NCBI GenBank assembly: GCA_051942245.1
Contig: JAVECL010000116.1
Coordinates: 1-50,737, forward strand
Direction: 5' to 3'
DNA from: Trypethelium eluteriae
Lineage: Eukaryota
DNA length: 50,737 nt
The notes below the pieces were generated by a model. That model was not told the origin of the DNA. It did no database searches and was given only the letters and a program-made list of their open reading frames with translations. Made by a program: the position numbers and the translations under genes. Within the stretch, counting starts at the first letter, position 1, and each line of letters begins with the position of its first letter. Below, piece by piece: positions 1 to 12,547 of the stretch.

Positions 1-842
1 ATAGCTATGTTCTCATGAGTTCATTGCCATATCCTGGAGGATTTTCTACAGATGTCCTTGGATTCTGTCTCGTTGTGGAGTTGACATTCAGCACTCTGAG
101 GCTGTTGGTTCTCAGTTATGATACCAGAAGCGTCGATAGCCAGAGATCTAAGGAGACTGTCTCGGCATGCTAATTCTTCGCTGTCCAATAATGAATGATG
201 TTCATGAGTATCAGACTTCCTCTCCATCTTCAATATAGCGTGTTAAAACTCTGTGTAGCATGACGAAGTCATTGACTGATGTGAACCAGCAGAGCGCAAA
301 GGCCTTTGTCGGCTTAAACGTTAGGCAAAGAAAGCCGTTGCGAGAATGTAGATCCCGACTTAGTAAAGTCGGCTGAGATTTACACAGGCGACGAAGAGTA
401 TAACACCCAAGTATTCAATCAGCGTGCTTTAACAAAGAAATTAAATGTAGGGTGAGGCACGAATCATTGCTCTAATCAATCCAGGCGTCGCTTAGCATAC
501 ATCTGCACTAGACATCCTATATTAAACCCATTTAGGTCGAGCAACTTGGAAGGTGAAGTGAGCCTCACTCTCTTCTGTATCATTCTAACTACTTAACCAC
601 CCAGCTAGGTTCCAGGGAAATCTTGCGGTGCAAGAGGAAGAAAAAGCTCTTGCCCGTAGCTTGACATGGCCTGTTCGTGCTGTGCTTTCCTTCTCTTCTT
701 AACCAGACTATTGACGAATCCGAATCACGCCATGTCACAGTCCAGCGCTAATATAGCCTAGAGGAACTTCCCGTCCCAGTAGTGGTTGAGTAGGAGCCAG
801 GACCGGGAGTTGGAAGAGGAGTCGTCGCTGAAGCATTGATCG

Positions 843-1496
843 TTATGGTCTGTCCGTTGCAGTATTGAAGTATTTGACCAGCACCACTATGAGAGTTTCA
901 CTATCAGCATTTGCAAGATCATCTCATAGCGAGACTTGGTCTAATCGCGAGTTCACGTTTATCAGAGGTATCGTGGGTTATCTCACCCGGAAACCTTTGG
1001 ACCACACAGATCTTCGAAGTCAATAATTCTGAATTAGATCGCAAGAACACAGTCATTTATAGGGTATTGAACTTACCACCGACATTTTGAAGACTGCGCG
1101 CTTTAGGACCTTGCGAAGTCCGAGGCATGATGGTTTTGGTAGAGTTGCTACAGTGCTGTGACGCACCCCCGTCCCTGCAAAGCATGAATGTGAGTATATG
1201 CAAGATCCTTCTCGGGAGAGTCATGTCGTTCAGTGCTTAGGGGAATCCACAGCCTACTGGCATTCTAAGGAGGGTTCGGGGGTCTGATCTTACCCCCAGT
1301 CGCGTAAGCTACACGGGATGCCTGTCATACCGTTCATGGATTGTCCTACGTTTAAGACTTCGTCAACAATGCTCTCACTATTAAAGCGCTGAGGCGTACG
1401 CCTTTCGGGTGCTTGCGTAGTGGAAGCTTCTGGCATGGCGAAAGTGCACGTAGCCTGCCACAGCAGTAGTGCGACCAGGGTCGCAAAATTAAACAT
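843..1496 (-). CDS. Possible small secreted protein, 4 exons (~128 aa); tentative or decayed
   Basis: ATG 1496 begins a signal-peptide-like MFNFATLVALLLWQATCTFA. Candidate GT-AG introns 1293-1175, 1076-1029 and 986-887 join without stops to TAA at 845-843. A more protein-like Ser/Thr/Pro-rich tail lies in another frame of the last exon, so the model is uncertain. Confidence 0.3.
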
Positions 1497-3133
1497 AGTG
1501 AACCACGAATGGAGAATCTTTCTTTCAAAAGGAAACATGAGACTAGCCTCTAAATTTTATAGAAAACAGATAGGCAAGGCCAAATGGATGTCATTGAATG
1601 CTGCCTGTACAAGTAGAGCAGTAAAAAACCAAGCTAACCGGACTGTCCCTACTCAAATCGAACCCCTTTTACATATATAGGTAAAATATTCAAAAGACAC
1701 ATAGCTTCAAATACGGGGCCTCGGTATTGCAGCTTACCACGGCGGGCCCGAGATCGACGACAGTCGCTTCATCTCGCGACCTTGTGGGTCTGTTGTCAAG
1801 ATCGAGGTGGTCGGTCCTGCTTGACGAGGATTAAAGGTTTGCTTTGGCTCGGAGACTCCGACTCAAGTTTCTCGGATTGCGTTAATAGTCGGAGGTGATC
1901 TGTGTACTATGGAAGGTACTCCGTACCTTACCGGCTATAGTACCTTTTTACACGTGACTTTTGCTTCATCTTACGTCATACGTTCTCTTTGGTTAGCAAA
2001 TCAAAGATCAAGCGTGTCAGAGCAACCGCAACTGACCAACCGGCTATGTGTGGGTTGTGCCAACCCGAAAAAGACCGTCTTAATTAAGCTAACCCAGCGG
2101 TTACCGCTCTACCGCATGTGCTCGCCTCAGTATAGCTCTATATAACATGGCGCTGCCCCTCGTTAATAGCAAGATTTGCACTGACGTAGGATACTGTACC
2201 ATCTAGGTCACGGCATGGGATCAAAATGACTGGAATTGAAGCACTATGAGGCTACCACCAAAAATACCTGATACCCTACAGTAATCACGCTTAGAAGCAT
2301 CATAAATGACTTGCCAAAAATTGCAAGGAAACGATTCAAGGTACTCACCTGCTGCTGGGATATCGCATAGGACTGTTAGATCACCAACACCTGCGTTGTC
2401 ACAGAGGGTAGAGGGAAAAGGCTTGTCGTCGAACATATTTCAGAGGTTTTTTACTTTAGATATCTGTGTCGAAGTCATGTCTCAAGCATTAGGGTTGCTA
2501 CTGCTTCCTCGAAGGAAGGACGTACCATAACTATTTGGACTAGTAAGTTCGGGCGTTAACATTGAAATGCTTTTCTAGAAATCATCGAAAGGCCAGACAT
2601 GCCAAGATATGCGTTGCATCATTAGTTGAGGGTTTGACACTTCTCAAATTTTGCATGCATGCTTTACTTGCCATGAAGTCAAAAATTACCTCATTACGCT
2701 GTTCGTTCCCTACGGATTGCGACAGCTTCTAGATATCATAGTTTTGGAATGGAGGCAAACACTCCAACAATGAAAGATTTGGAATTGCATGCATTTCCGT
2801 CGATCCGAACCTCCGTTGATCGACATTCTCCTTGAACCCCACAACATATCACCGCGCCGTCGACGGCTGATCCACCCGAGATGCGCCCTCTCCCAGATCT
2901 AGGGTGCTAGATTGGACTTCTGCTGGACGCTACGATGTCTGTAGAGCCTTCTGGCCTTACGCTGAGCCAATGGTGGCCGAATTACAACAGTAACCCCGCC
3001 TTATGATACTTGACACAGTTCTTAGCTCTCGTTAAGAGAGTTATGGCGAGGAATTTACTACATCTTCATTTCAGACATCTCTTCTTTTCTCGTCATCAAT
3101 TGAAACGCTATCCTGCCCTTCTTCTTTGTCCAT

Positions 3134-4389
3134 ATGGCAACAATGACTACATCGGCTGTGAGTGGGGCCTCACGCCCCACTCAACCCAATGGTAGCCTAG
3201 AAGATCTGGAAAAGAGAAACTACATTCGCTGGGATGCGAAAGGCGTGGAAGAGAAGCCTCCAAATGAAGATGAAGATATCCAAGCAGTAGCAGACCAGAT
3301 CAACACCATTCAAAAGGCGCAATACAATATGCATCGACACTGCTACAGCGGTAAGGAAATGCTCCTTTTGCACAGTCAAGAATGCTCGTTGACCTATCTA
3401 GGTACTCACGCTCGCACCCATGGCATCGTGAAAGGCAAATTCATCGTCCCAGATGACCTGTCCCCGCATCTCAAACAAACAGAGCTCTTCTCCCATGGGG
3501 GGGAATACTCCATAGCCGCCCGCTATAGCACCGAGCCCGGCGATCCAGGTCTTGACGACCGCATCGCTCAGCCCCGTGGCTTCGCCATGAAGATTTTCAA
3601 CGTGCACGGCGACATGTTCGACGTGGGCAAGGACTTCCCGACCCAAGACATTGAGTTCAACAGCACGCCCGCCCTCGACCTTGCCAACGCCAAAGTGACT
3701 CGTGAGATCATCGGGCTGCGCATCGCACACGGCAATGACAAGGCCAAGCTATATGAAGAGTTGGAGAAGCGTGATGACACCGAGCTGCAGCAGGCGCGGG
3801 ACGGCGTGCGGAATACGCACCTTGAGTCGACGAGACAGTATTCCCAGACGGCGTATCGGTTTGGCGACTATGTCATTAAATACTGCCTCGTACCGTCGTC
3901 CGAAACTCAGCGGAAGCTGTACGAGGAGACAGTGCGGCCGGAGCATGGGTCTGACATCCTGCATCGTTGGCTGCAGAACTTCCACCAGCAGCATGAGGCG
4001 GAATATCTGTTTCAGGTGCAGCTGTTGGAGAATCTGGAGGATCAGCCGGTAGAATACGCAGGAAAGATCTGGGATGCGGAGAAGTATCCCTGGCAGACGG
4101 TGGCGCGGGTTGTATTCCCGCCGCAAGAAAGCTTTGACTTTGAGCGGAAGACATTTTGGGAGGACCACATAAGGGTGGATCCGTGGCATGGACTGAAGAG
4201 TTTACAGCCATTGGGTAGTCCGAATCGATTGAGGAGAGTGGGTAGGTTTCACGATCACGGTTAGTTGTTCAGACGAAACGCAATGCTAACGTATAGAATG
4301 CAGTCTATCCGGCAAGCAGCAGCTTGCGGCACAAGATGAACGCTAGAAAGGAAATAAACGTGGAGAACATTGATGAAATACCTAATTGA
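3134..4389 (+). CDS. Catalase-like heme protein (small catalase-related, y4iL-like), 3 exons
   Basis: Distal His motif GTHARTHG, ARYS, PRGFAMK, FNSTP and PLGSPNRLRRVVY (proximal Tyr appears only after splicing). Introns 3351-3401 (GTAAGG..TAG) and 4242-4303 (GTAGGT..GCTAAC..CAG). Stop TGA 4387-4389. Confidence 0.85.
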
Positions 4390-5315
4390 ACGAAAGAGGG
4401 AACAACTGTGTTTCTGATTGCGAAGTTTGACCTTGTACATATACATATAAGCATCGTATACAGCTGTGCTGCAACTAAGAAAGGAAATGCTTTCGTTCAG
4501 CCTACTTACGAGCAATCGCCGCCCAAAAATGTGTTGCAGTAGCTCCCTTGAGGTCACCTATCTGACCGGTAGACTGAGACTTCTCAACCTAACGGCAAAC
4601 CATCGGCACAGGGGCAAGACTCTCGGAAGCCTAGAGGAGAGGCATCCTTCGCCAATATGCGTCCCCAAACAAGATCAATGAATGTGCGCCTAAAGCGAAC
4701 CTGCCGCCCCCATGGTACGAAAAAATTTTTCGACTTGTAGGCGCCAGGATTAGAAAGGCATGTATCATACGATAGCTCAGTCTTAGTCTCACGGGAATGT
4801 GGAAGGTCAATGGAGAATACGTTGTGACCACCCAAGGGTTATTGGAGACGATTATGGTTCATGAGAGGAAAAGAAAAAAGGAAAAGAGGAGACGAAGGCC
4901 AGTGACGCGATTGACTTTGCTGGTTCTGGAATGACTAAGCCACGGGGATTGAGTGGACAAGGATGGGACGGGATGGTCTGCATTTAGTAACCTCGCCTAA
5001 GTCAACCGAGGGAAACGAACGCGACTGCTCTGAATTCTACCAGTGCTCGAGAAGATAAATTTGTTGGCTGGACCTTGTAAGGCAAGGATGTATGGGTATC
5101 ATTAATTCAACCTGTGTCTAGATGAGTCTACATAAAGCACAATTAATATCATGCACGTGAAATCCCAGCTGAACCGAGACCTTTCGTGTTGTCTTCAGTT
5201 TCTTGGACTTTCGCTTTCAGACGCCCACAAACACCCATTGCTAAACGCCCCGAAGCAATCCGAAATTCCACTGGACTTTGTCTCGAACCCCTCTTCGTCC
5301 CGAAACCAAGCCTTT

Positions 5316-6523
5316 TTACCTCTTCTTTCCTCCAGGCCTCGGCTTACATTCATCCCCAGTAATTGGATGCAACATAATCTTGTTGGGATACGTTGGGCTA
5401 TTGTGTGCGTAGCCCTTGTGCCAGTCGTAGCTGACCGCATACGCGAATATGTTGCCGTTGCGATTAAAACAAGTGGCGGGGATAGAACCTCCGGACTCGG
5501 GGTAACCTTTGAGACGGTGCTTGGCGTCCTTATCCCAGAAGTGAAAGGTGCCGTCAGAACCGGCGGTGCTGAAGGTACCATGGATGGGGTGGAAAGAGAT
5601 AGCGTTGACAGAGTAGACGTTCGAGCCGTCGCGCTGGTTTGGAAGGTTTTGGCGGTGGCATTTGAAGGAAAAATTGGAACTGAGGTGAAAACCCGTTAGT
5701 AGGTGATGCTTAATATGCATTTAAAGAGAGATGTTGGCACTAAGAGCTTACCTCTGGTCTCTTTCCTCCACGTACTGTATTGCGCAACGACCCTCGATAC
5801 TTCCCATAGCATATCCAGTCGCGTCTGCAAAACAAGCCACAGTCCTCGTCTGCCACTTGAGCGGGCTCTGAATCGTCTTGTAAAATGAGCCGGGATTGTT
5901 CACATTTATGACGTCGACATATCGATCTGCCGTGCCAACGACGAGCATAGAATCCCTTATGTCCATGCAGTAAATCCTGTCTTGACAGTTCACCGTCATA
6001 GCTGGTTGTGCCTGCCGTAGATCCCAATATTTCACTGTCTTATCCCACGAGCCCGTAACGAGCATGTTGTTTCCCTGTATTTGTAAAGTCTCGATACAGC
6101 GGATGGGCGCATCGTGGGCAGCAACTTGTTGCGCTTGCGTAGTATTGGCGCCAAGGTCGAGCATGCGTGCAGCTTTGTCGGCGCCAGCCCCGAATACTTT
6201 GGATCCGTCCTATAGCATCCTGGTCAGTTGAAACTCATGATCAGACACAGAGACGTCTGTCTTACCTTGGACCAAGCACAATTCAGCACCGGCCCTTCAT
6301 GCTCAAAAAGAGCTTTACCCTGACTTTGTCCTTGCGCGTCAATCTCGTAGATTCGAACCTTTTTGTCCCACGATGAAACAGCCAAATGCTCGCTCATGGG
6401 TGAGAAGGCAAGGTCCGAGATGCTGTCTTCAGGTCCATCCTTGACTTGGACGTCCTTGGAGGTGTCACCTTGGGTTGCATTTGCAGGCGAAGCAGCTGAC
6501 GAGGCGTTTCCAAAGAGAGACAT
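5316..6523 (-). CDS. rae1: Poly(A)+ RNA export WD40 protein Rae1/Gle2, 3 exons
   Basis: MSLFG start; [82 protein letters not shown]. Introns 6265-6210 and 5751-5680. Confidence 0.95.
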
Positions 6524-7844
6524 GTTAGGATTCTTGTTTGATCCGCTCGAGCTACTTGCGCTGCCGTTGAGATGAGCTAGACGGGGATCTGCTCCGCTAT
6601 TGAGGCTTCGCGTGCCAAGAATGGAGCGTCCTACCATTGTGATTGTGAGACCATTGTCCTGAGACCGAAATTGGGTTCGCGAAGAACTTGGAAAGGAAGA
6701 CTTACGTTACTCGGGTGATTGATCAAAGAAGAAGTGAGAAAGAAGTCCTGAAAGTGAGAGGAGCGATGTAGGATTTCCTTCCACACGGGCAGCGCTTTGG
6801 GTTCTTTCAAGCCCGCGGTGCCTTGCAGCAGCCTAGCCGCGGCGCGCAGCTGCCTTCAATGAACAATAATCTGCCCTCTTCCACCGCCTTCCGTATCAAG
6901 CCACGCTCACGCGGTCGGGCCGAAGCGACCTCCGAGGCTTTGACGAAGTTCTCGAGTCCTCACGGTGCTCTCATTTCCAGCAACTCCTCGCTCAAAGAAT
7001 CGCAGTCAAAGCTCACAAACTGGAAGACTCTCCACTGGGAGCTCTCTTCCGCGGCCTGAAACTGGTCACATCGTCTCGCTTTGGGAGAAAGTCCCCGGAC
7101 ATCCTTGCTCAGCCTCTGCGCAGCGAGGCCTGCGGAAACGCGCCGCCATAGAAGCATCGCGGCTGAAAACCCACTGTCCTCCTGTCTTCACGTCACTCAT
7201 CTTATCATCGTTTATACTCGATTCATACCGTCCATCTGCGGGGTTATACTGGATAGGAGGTCACTGTGGATGATAAGTCCATACTTCTAACTTGGTATGG
7301 CCTGGCTGTGTTTGGTCGAATGAAGGGAGGAGATGGAGGATACTTGTGATGCAGAAGGCAGGGCCCAAGGATGGATTGCGGTGCTCTGTTCGTCAAAGTG
7401 GAAAGTTATGCGATTGCCTTGGTCTTGGCCTTTCTTGGGTTGAGACCGTGGTAACTCGATGGGGCTTATTCTTGATGCGAGGAGTACTGCTACTCTTCTC
7501 GGTGAATCTGCTCATGCTACATTGCAATCTCGATCTCTTCTGAGACCGTCTATCAAATTCTAGCTCGACGACGACTTGTTCGGCGTTGTCTGGCTCCCAA
7601 TGTTCATGGCTGATTTAAGAGGAGCAATCTGACGTTCAGGTGATGACGATAGCATAGAGTCAAGCACTGAAGAGCCGCTTCATTGCGTCTTTTGACGACA
7701 TTAATGCTACGACGGTATCTGATGAACCACCAGATAATCTTATATTCGTACATAGATGCAATACATGAATCCAAATTGTCTAACATGCAGCTTGGTGCGC
7801 CCAAAAACTCCACTCATAAAACTGCCGGCTTTTGCGTGCGGAAC

Positions 7845-9822
7845 TTATGGCTTCTCACGTCTATTGTGAACATCTTCCTCGTCGTCATCATCACCGACAT
7901 CAAATCTATCCCTCTCCATCTCGTCACTCCGATGTCTCGTCAAATCTTCCAATTCGTTCTCGTCAAAATCTGCTGCCTCGATATCATCCCTCTCCACCTT
8001 ATTTCGATATCCACCATTCATGCCTCCATTCATGGCGGGTTGACCAAGACCTCTGTAGCCCATTCCACCTCTGTTCTTCCTTCCTTTCCAAACAACCCAC
8101 GCCCATACGGCTGCCGCAATTACTACCACGAGTAGAACGACCTCGCCAGACTTCCAGTACGCATTTCTTGTAGCTTCTTCAAGTTTGGTATTCTGCTCCT
8201 CCTCTGCTACAGTGCTGTTCGGATGACCACCTACACTGGTCTCTGGTCCTGCCTTTTCTCCATCGATCCGACTGTCTGCAGGCTCGCCACCGATGCTCGC
8301 GATATCCACACCGATGAATCGATCTAGCATGTCCCTTGTTCTTCGCGGGAAATCGAAGGGAACCATATGGCTGCTGTTGAAAAAGGTAACGTAGGTCAGG
8401 TTCCTCGCCGTCTGATAGATTCCCGCCGGCTCGCCTTCGAATTCCCAATCGCGGCGCGGCGCCCACACCCCGTCCGAGACCTCGAACCCTGTCCCGCCAT
8501 TCCACTTCAGGTTCTTGATTAATGACTCAGTCCCGACATGGTTGCAGATGAGATCTTGTTCGCCGCTGAAGAGCACGATTGGTATCTTTTCCAAAAGCTC
8601 CGGTAACAACGTCATTGATGGCGCGGAATTTTGGGCGCGGAAATTCGCCGAGACCTGTCGGTTGCATTCCTCCCAACCAGTCTTCTTGTCCGCGTTGATA
8701 TGTAGGGCGCTGATGACGTCGTTACGACGGAGATACGGCGTGACGGCCGCGAGATCGGGCGGCCAGTTCATGCCACAGCTGGGACTGGTATCCTTGAGGC
8801 GGATGTCGTACATGTTGTAGCACATATCCTGGCCATCCTCCTTCGTACCCGTTACCTTGAGAATTTCCTGTAAGATGGCTTCGCAGTCCTCGGTGTCGAC
8901 GTGATCCTTGCCACCGGCGCTGAGTTTCTTACTACAAATGGCTTGCTGTTGCTCCACCTTGTTAGCCGCAGAGGAATCAGACTGCAGCATGCCGTGTTTG
9001 TACGCAAATGGGAGGTAGGAGAGGTATTGGTCTGTCGGAGAGATCCAGCCGTTTCCGATTAGGAGACCTGAAAGGTTCCAAACATCGGTAATGCCGGGTT
9101 TAGAATTGCGGTCAAGGATGGCTCTTGAAATATACGGGATATGTTGTCCAGCGTAGGATTCGCCGGCCAGATAGATCTGCGATAGCTTTAGCAGGAGTTA
9201 CTCTTCAAAGCACGTCACTCATGAGCTCATACTTCATCGTGCATGTACTCAGGGAAGATGGTAAACCACTTTTCCAGGAAGGTCACCATTTGATCAGCCA
9301 TGGTCTGGAGTTCGTGTATGTAGCTGTCCGTGTCCACATAACTGAAACCGGTTCCCACCGGGTTGTCCACGAATAATAAATTTGTGAATTCATCCCACGA
9401 GCCATTGTTGTATCTTAAAGTCCCATTATCATTGACACGATACGGTCCAACTTCCATCAATGCCCCGTCCATCGAACTGCAACCTGGCCCTCCGTTGAGC
9501 CATATCACTGTCCGCTCACGATCTCCAATATGCCTGTTTTGGAAATGCCAGAAGAAGAGATTGCCGTTGTGCTCGGGAGTGATTTCGACATGACTTTAGG
9601 GAGACTATAGTTAGCTTGATCCATCATGTCTCCATGGGAGGGGTGACCTTACCCAGCATGCATCTTCAACAGTGGTCCATCTGGCTGTCCGGGCAATGAA
9701 TGTATGAAATAATCGGCCGCTGATTTCTGTGCACTCGCAGTACCTAGGAGGCAACAGGCTTGAAACAAGGCTAAGGAGACTCCTCTCCAGTCGGATAACG
9801 ACTTTTTCAATGACCGCTGCAT
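7845..9822 (-). CDS. kex1: Pheromone-processing carboxypeptidase Kex1 (S10 serine carboxypeptidase with C-terminal TM helix), 3 exons
   Basis: Signal peptide, then [50 protein letters not shown] (catalytic Ser), DLICN, SHMVPFD, TM segment [18 protein letters not shown] and an acidic tail with FDENEL. Introns 9652-9594 and 9232-9177. Confidence 0.95.
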
Positions 9823-11072
9823 ATTGAAATGTCCAGGTTCGGCTCCGCGCGAAGAGGCAAGCAACTGGCAGCGTTGCAGTCGCACTCCTTTGAGCGACTT
9901 TTGGGCGATTGAATCGTGCTGAATGACGTTGTGCGGGATGTATCTTGAACGTTCAATTTATATCCTGCGATTCTGGCAGTGAGGACGTGGAATGGGGCGT
10001 CAGTGAAGACAAGCTTTCAACGCTTCGCCATCCCCGGGATCGGTTATGCGCCGAATGGTACAAAAACAGTATAATTGGGAGGCGTTCAAAGCGAAGGATG
10101 CCTTTGAAATGCTGTCGTCTTGATTGTCTCTTGACGAACCACTCGCAGGAAGTACGAGTCCACGGAGCCAGTTGATGGGAAGACTTGGTAGTGAGCTGAT
10201 GCTGATCTTTGAATGGGACAGATGGATAACAAGGGTGTAAGGGTCAAGGTAATCAGGGTCCAAAAGCGTGGCTCAAAATGTGGCTGAAGTGCCAACTCTG
10301 ACTAAGCGATATTGAAATCCGTTTCGTCTTCCTTCGTCCGGCTTCCCCCGGCTTTCACCTCGTAGTCCCTCGTCTCTTTATACAATAATGAATTGTTGAT
10401 GGTATCTGTTCTTTATCAAGAAATAGATCCACGTCCACCAATGATTGTTCGCGGGTTCTTTCCCAGTATGTCTGCCCTTGAAGGATCGACAGTAAAGCTG
10501 GGTCTGCCCTCAAAGCTACCGAATCTTTGGCTCACCTGTTGGAAGACTTGATCGAATTTCTATCAACAGAGCTTGCTGCACATTAACATGGACTTACACA
10601 AACAAACCTTATCAGTGTCAGTCTCGGTAAAGTCATATATCCAAAACAGTCTGGTGAATGTGTTTTTCCCTTTCTGTGATTAAGGTGTCTACCTTATGAA
10701 TGGTACGCGAATAACATTGCGATAAGATGTGACTGAAGGACATAACTTCATCGAGCCAACAAGTCACTCATCGGAGTGACACGAATAATACTACATGAAT
10801 GCACTACAATGATTGCTATGTGAGTGTGGCGTGTTTGAAATGCCTTCCTATCGTGTCCTTACTCACCGGTGGCGACGATGAATGCAATCTAACAGTAACA
10901 CACTCAGTCAAATAACGTTTGGTTGACGGGTAGGTAGATTACCAAATCTTGGGAATATATAGGTATCTTCTGTCCGAGGCGCATCTTTTACCACAAATTT
11001 CTCATCTCCACTACAAAGCTCTCAGCCGACAAGAACCAGACTGGTGTACCTGTTCATTGAAGCTTTCAAATC

Positions 11073-12242
11073 ATGACAATGTTTCTTTCAGCCATCCTCA
11101 CCATCGTGGTGTTTGCCTTGCAGAGAAACGCAATTGAAGCAGCCAATGGGGCGGCAAAAATGTCCACACAGACTGGTTTCAGTACTGTGATCCTTCGAAA
11201 TACGGAAGAGGAGACTTCAAAAAGTCAAGATACATGGAAAGCCGATCGTCCCGAGGACATCTCTTCACCATCTCTAATGTCATTGGTTTCGCCGATATCT
11301 GCAGCACCCTTCAATATGTATCGCACTTCCGCTGGCGATAAATTCGCACCGCCCGTAACAAAGAGGCAGATGCCTAGTACAGCTGCGACGACCTCCACGT
11401 CTTTGTCCTCTGGTCTGCCTCAGAACTCTAGTGGGACTCTTTTGGTAACTACAGCTCCTTCGGCCAACCCACCATCGAGAAGCCAGGGAATGCCAAGTAC
11501 GAGGTTGTCGAGCTCTGCGAACGCAACATCAGCCATTGGGATGCTCGCTGCTTCGAGAAGCATGTTGGGGGCAGTCCCTTCGACCACTGATTTTCCTGAA
11601 ATACCTCTACCTACAACAACCACAAACGCGCTCTCAATATTTAGCATTTTGATCCCTTGGTTGCCCCACAACTCTATCACCCCAGTTCTAGCAGAGATAC
11701 CTACCACCATCAGTGGTAGGCTTATTACTTTCCTTTCACCGACCATATCCACAATTGGGAAGTCCATGGCTACGAACACGAGTTCAGTCGCCAGTAATAC
11801 ATCAGTAGCGTCGACTAGCTACGTACCTGTTCCCCTCACCGAGGGAAACCCAACCGGAACGATCTTCCCGCGTACCACATTTGTCACTACGCCCACCACA
11901 TCTGTCAGTACGCCCATCCAAACACAGACGACAAACTCGGTCTCGATCTCTACAGCGGTTTTAACAGGTTCGAACGGAGTTTACACCGTGACTCCATTCA
12001 CCACAACCAACGGGGGGGGCATTTTTACTACTGTGACGCCACAGTGGCGTGAGTTATGTTCTTTTTTCTCCTTCTTTTTTTGCAATTCCTTCCTTTGCCT
12101 AAGATCGTAAAACTTCCCTGCTTACCATTCTTGGCGTCCGCCCGAAAGCATTTTTGCTCTCACTAACTTTTCTTCATGACTTCTAGTACCACCCGGTGAT
12201 CAACCACAACTGCAGAGTATTCCTTCCTCTGAACTTCGTTAA
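11073..12242 (+). CDS. Secreted Ser/Thr-rich (mucin-like) protein of unknown function, 2 exons
   Basis: Hydrophobic N-terminus MFLSAILTIVVFAL, very high S/T/P content and a KR-Q dibasic site (VTKRQMP). Intron 12049-12186 (GTGAGT..CTAAC..TAG); stop TAA 12240-12242. Confidence 0.6.
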
Positions 12243-12547
12243 GTGCCAATCCGCGCATAGTCAAGACACATGTCGCCAGGAGCAGACTTGAGCAATCTGG
12301 AGTGCTTTAGGAGGGCTGGGCGGGCCGAGTAGCTTCTCATGGGAAGATACATGTATTAACAATTCAATTCAAGTCCCTCATTAGTTCAATTTAATTTATT
12401 GAATTTATAATGTTGTCTCCTGGCATTGATCATTGGTAAAGCTGTTCCATATTGTTGACTGTATCTACTTCGTATTTGCGTTATTAGATGGACGAGGCTT
12501 TTTCGCCGCCGGCAGCATCATACTAAGGCGCATAAACCTCTTTTTTT

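Noticed and set aside
2221..2530. Overlapping ~70 aa ORFs on both strands
   Set aside because: No recognisable domain or coherent gene model.
6524..6637. In-frame upstream ATG extending Rae1 by 38 aa
   Set aside because: The extension is low-complexity and MSLFG is the family-typical start; it is more likely 5' UTR.
6823..7560. Short ORFs between rae1 and kex1
   Set aside because: No motifs or splice support; consistent with promoter/UTR sequence.
10763..10780. Hairpin GTCACTC-atcg-GAGTGAC
   Set aside because: A single 7 bp stem is expected by chance in 50 kb.
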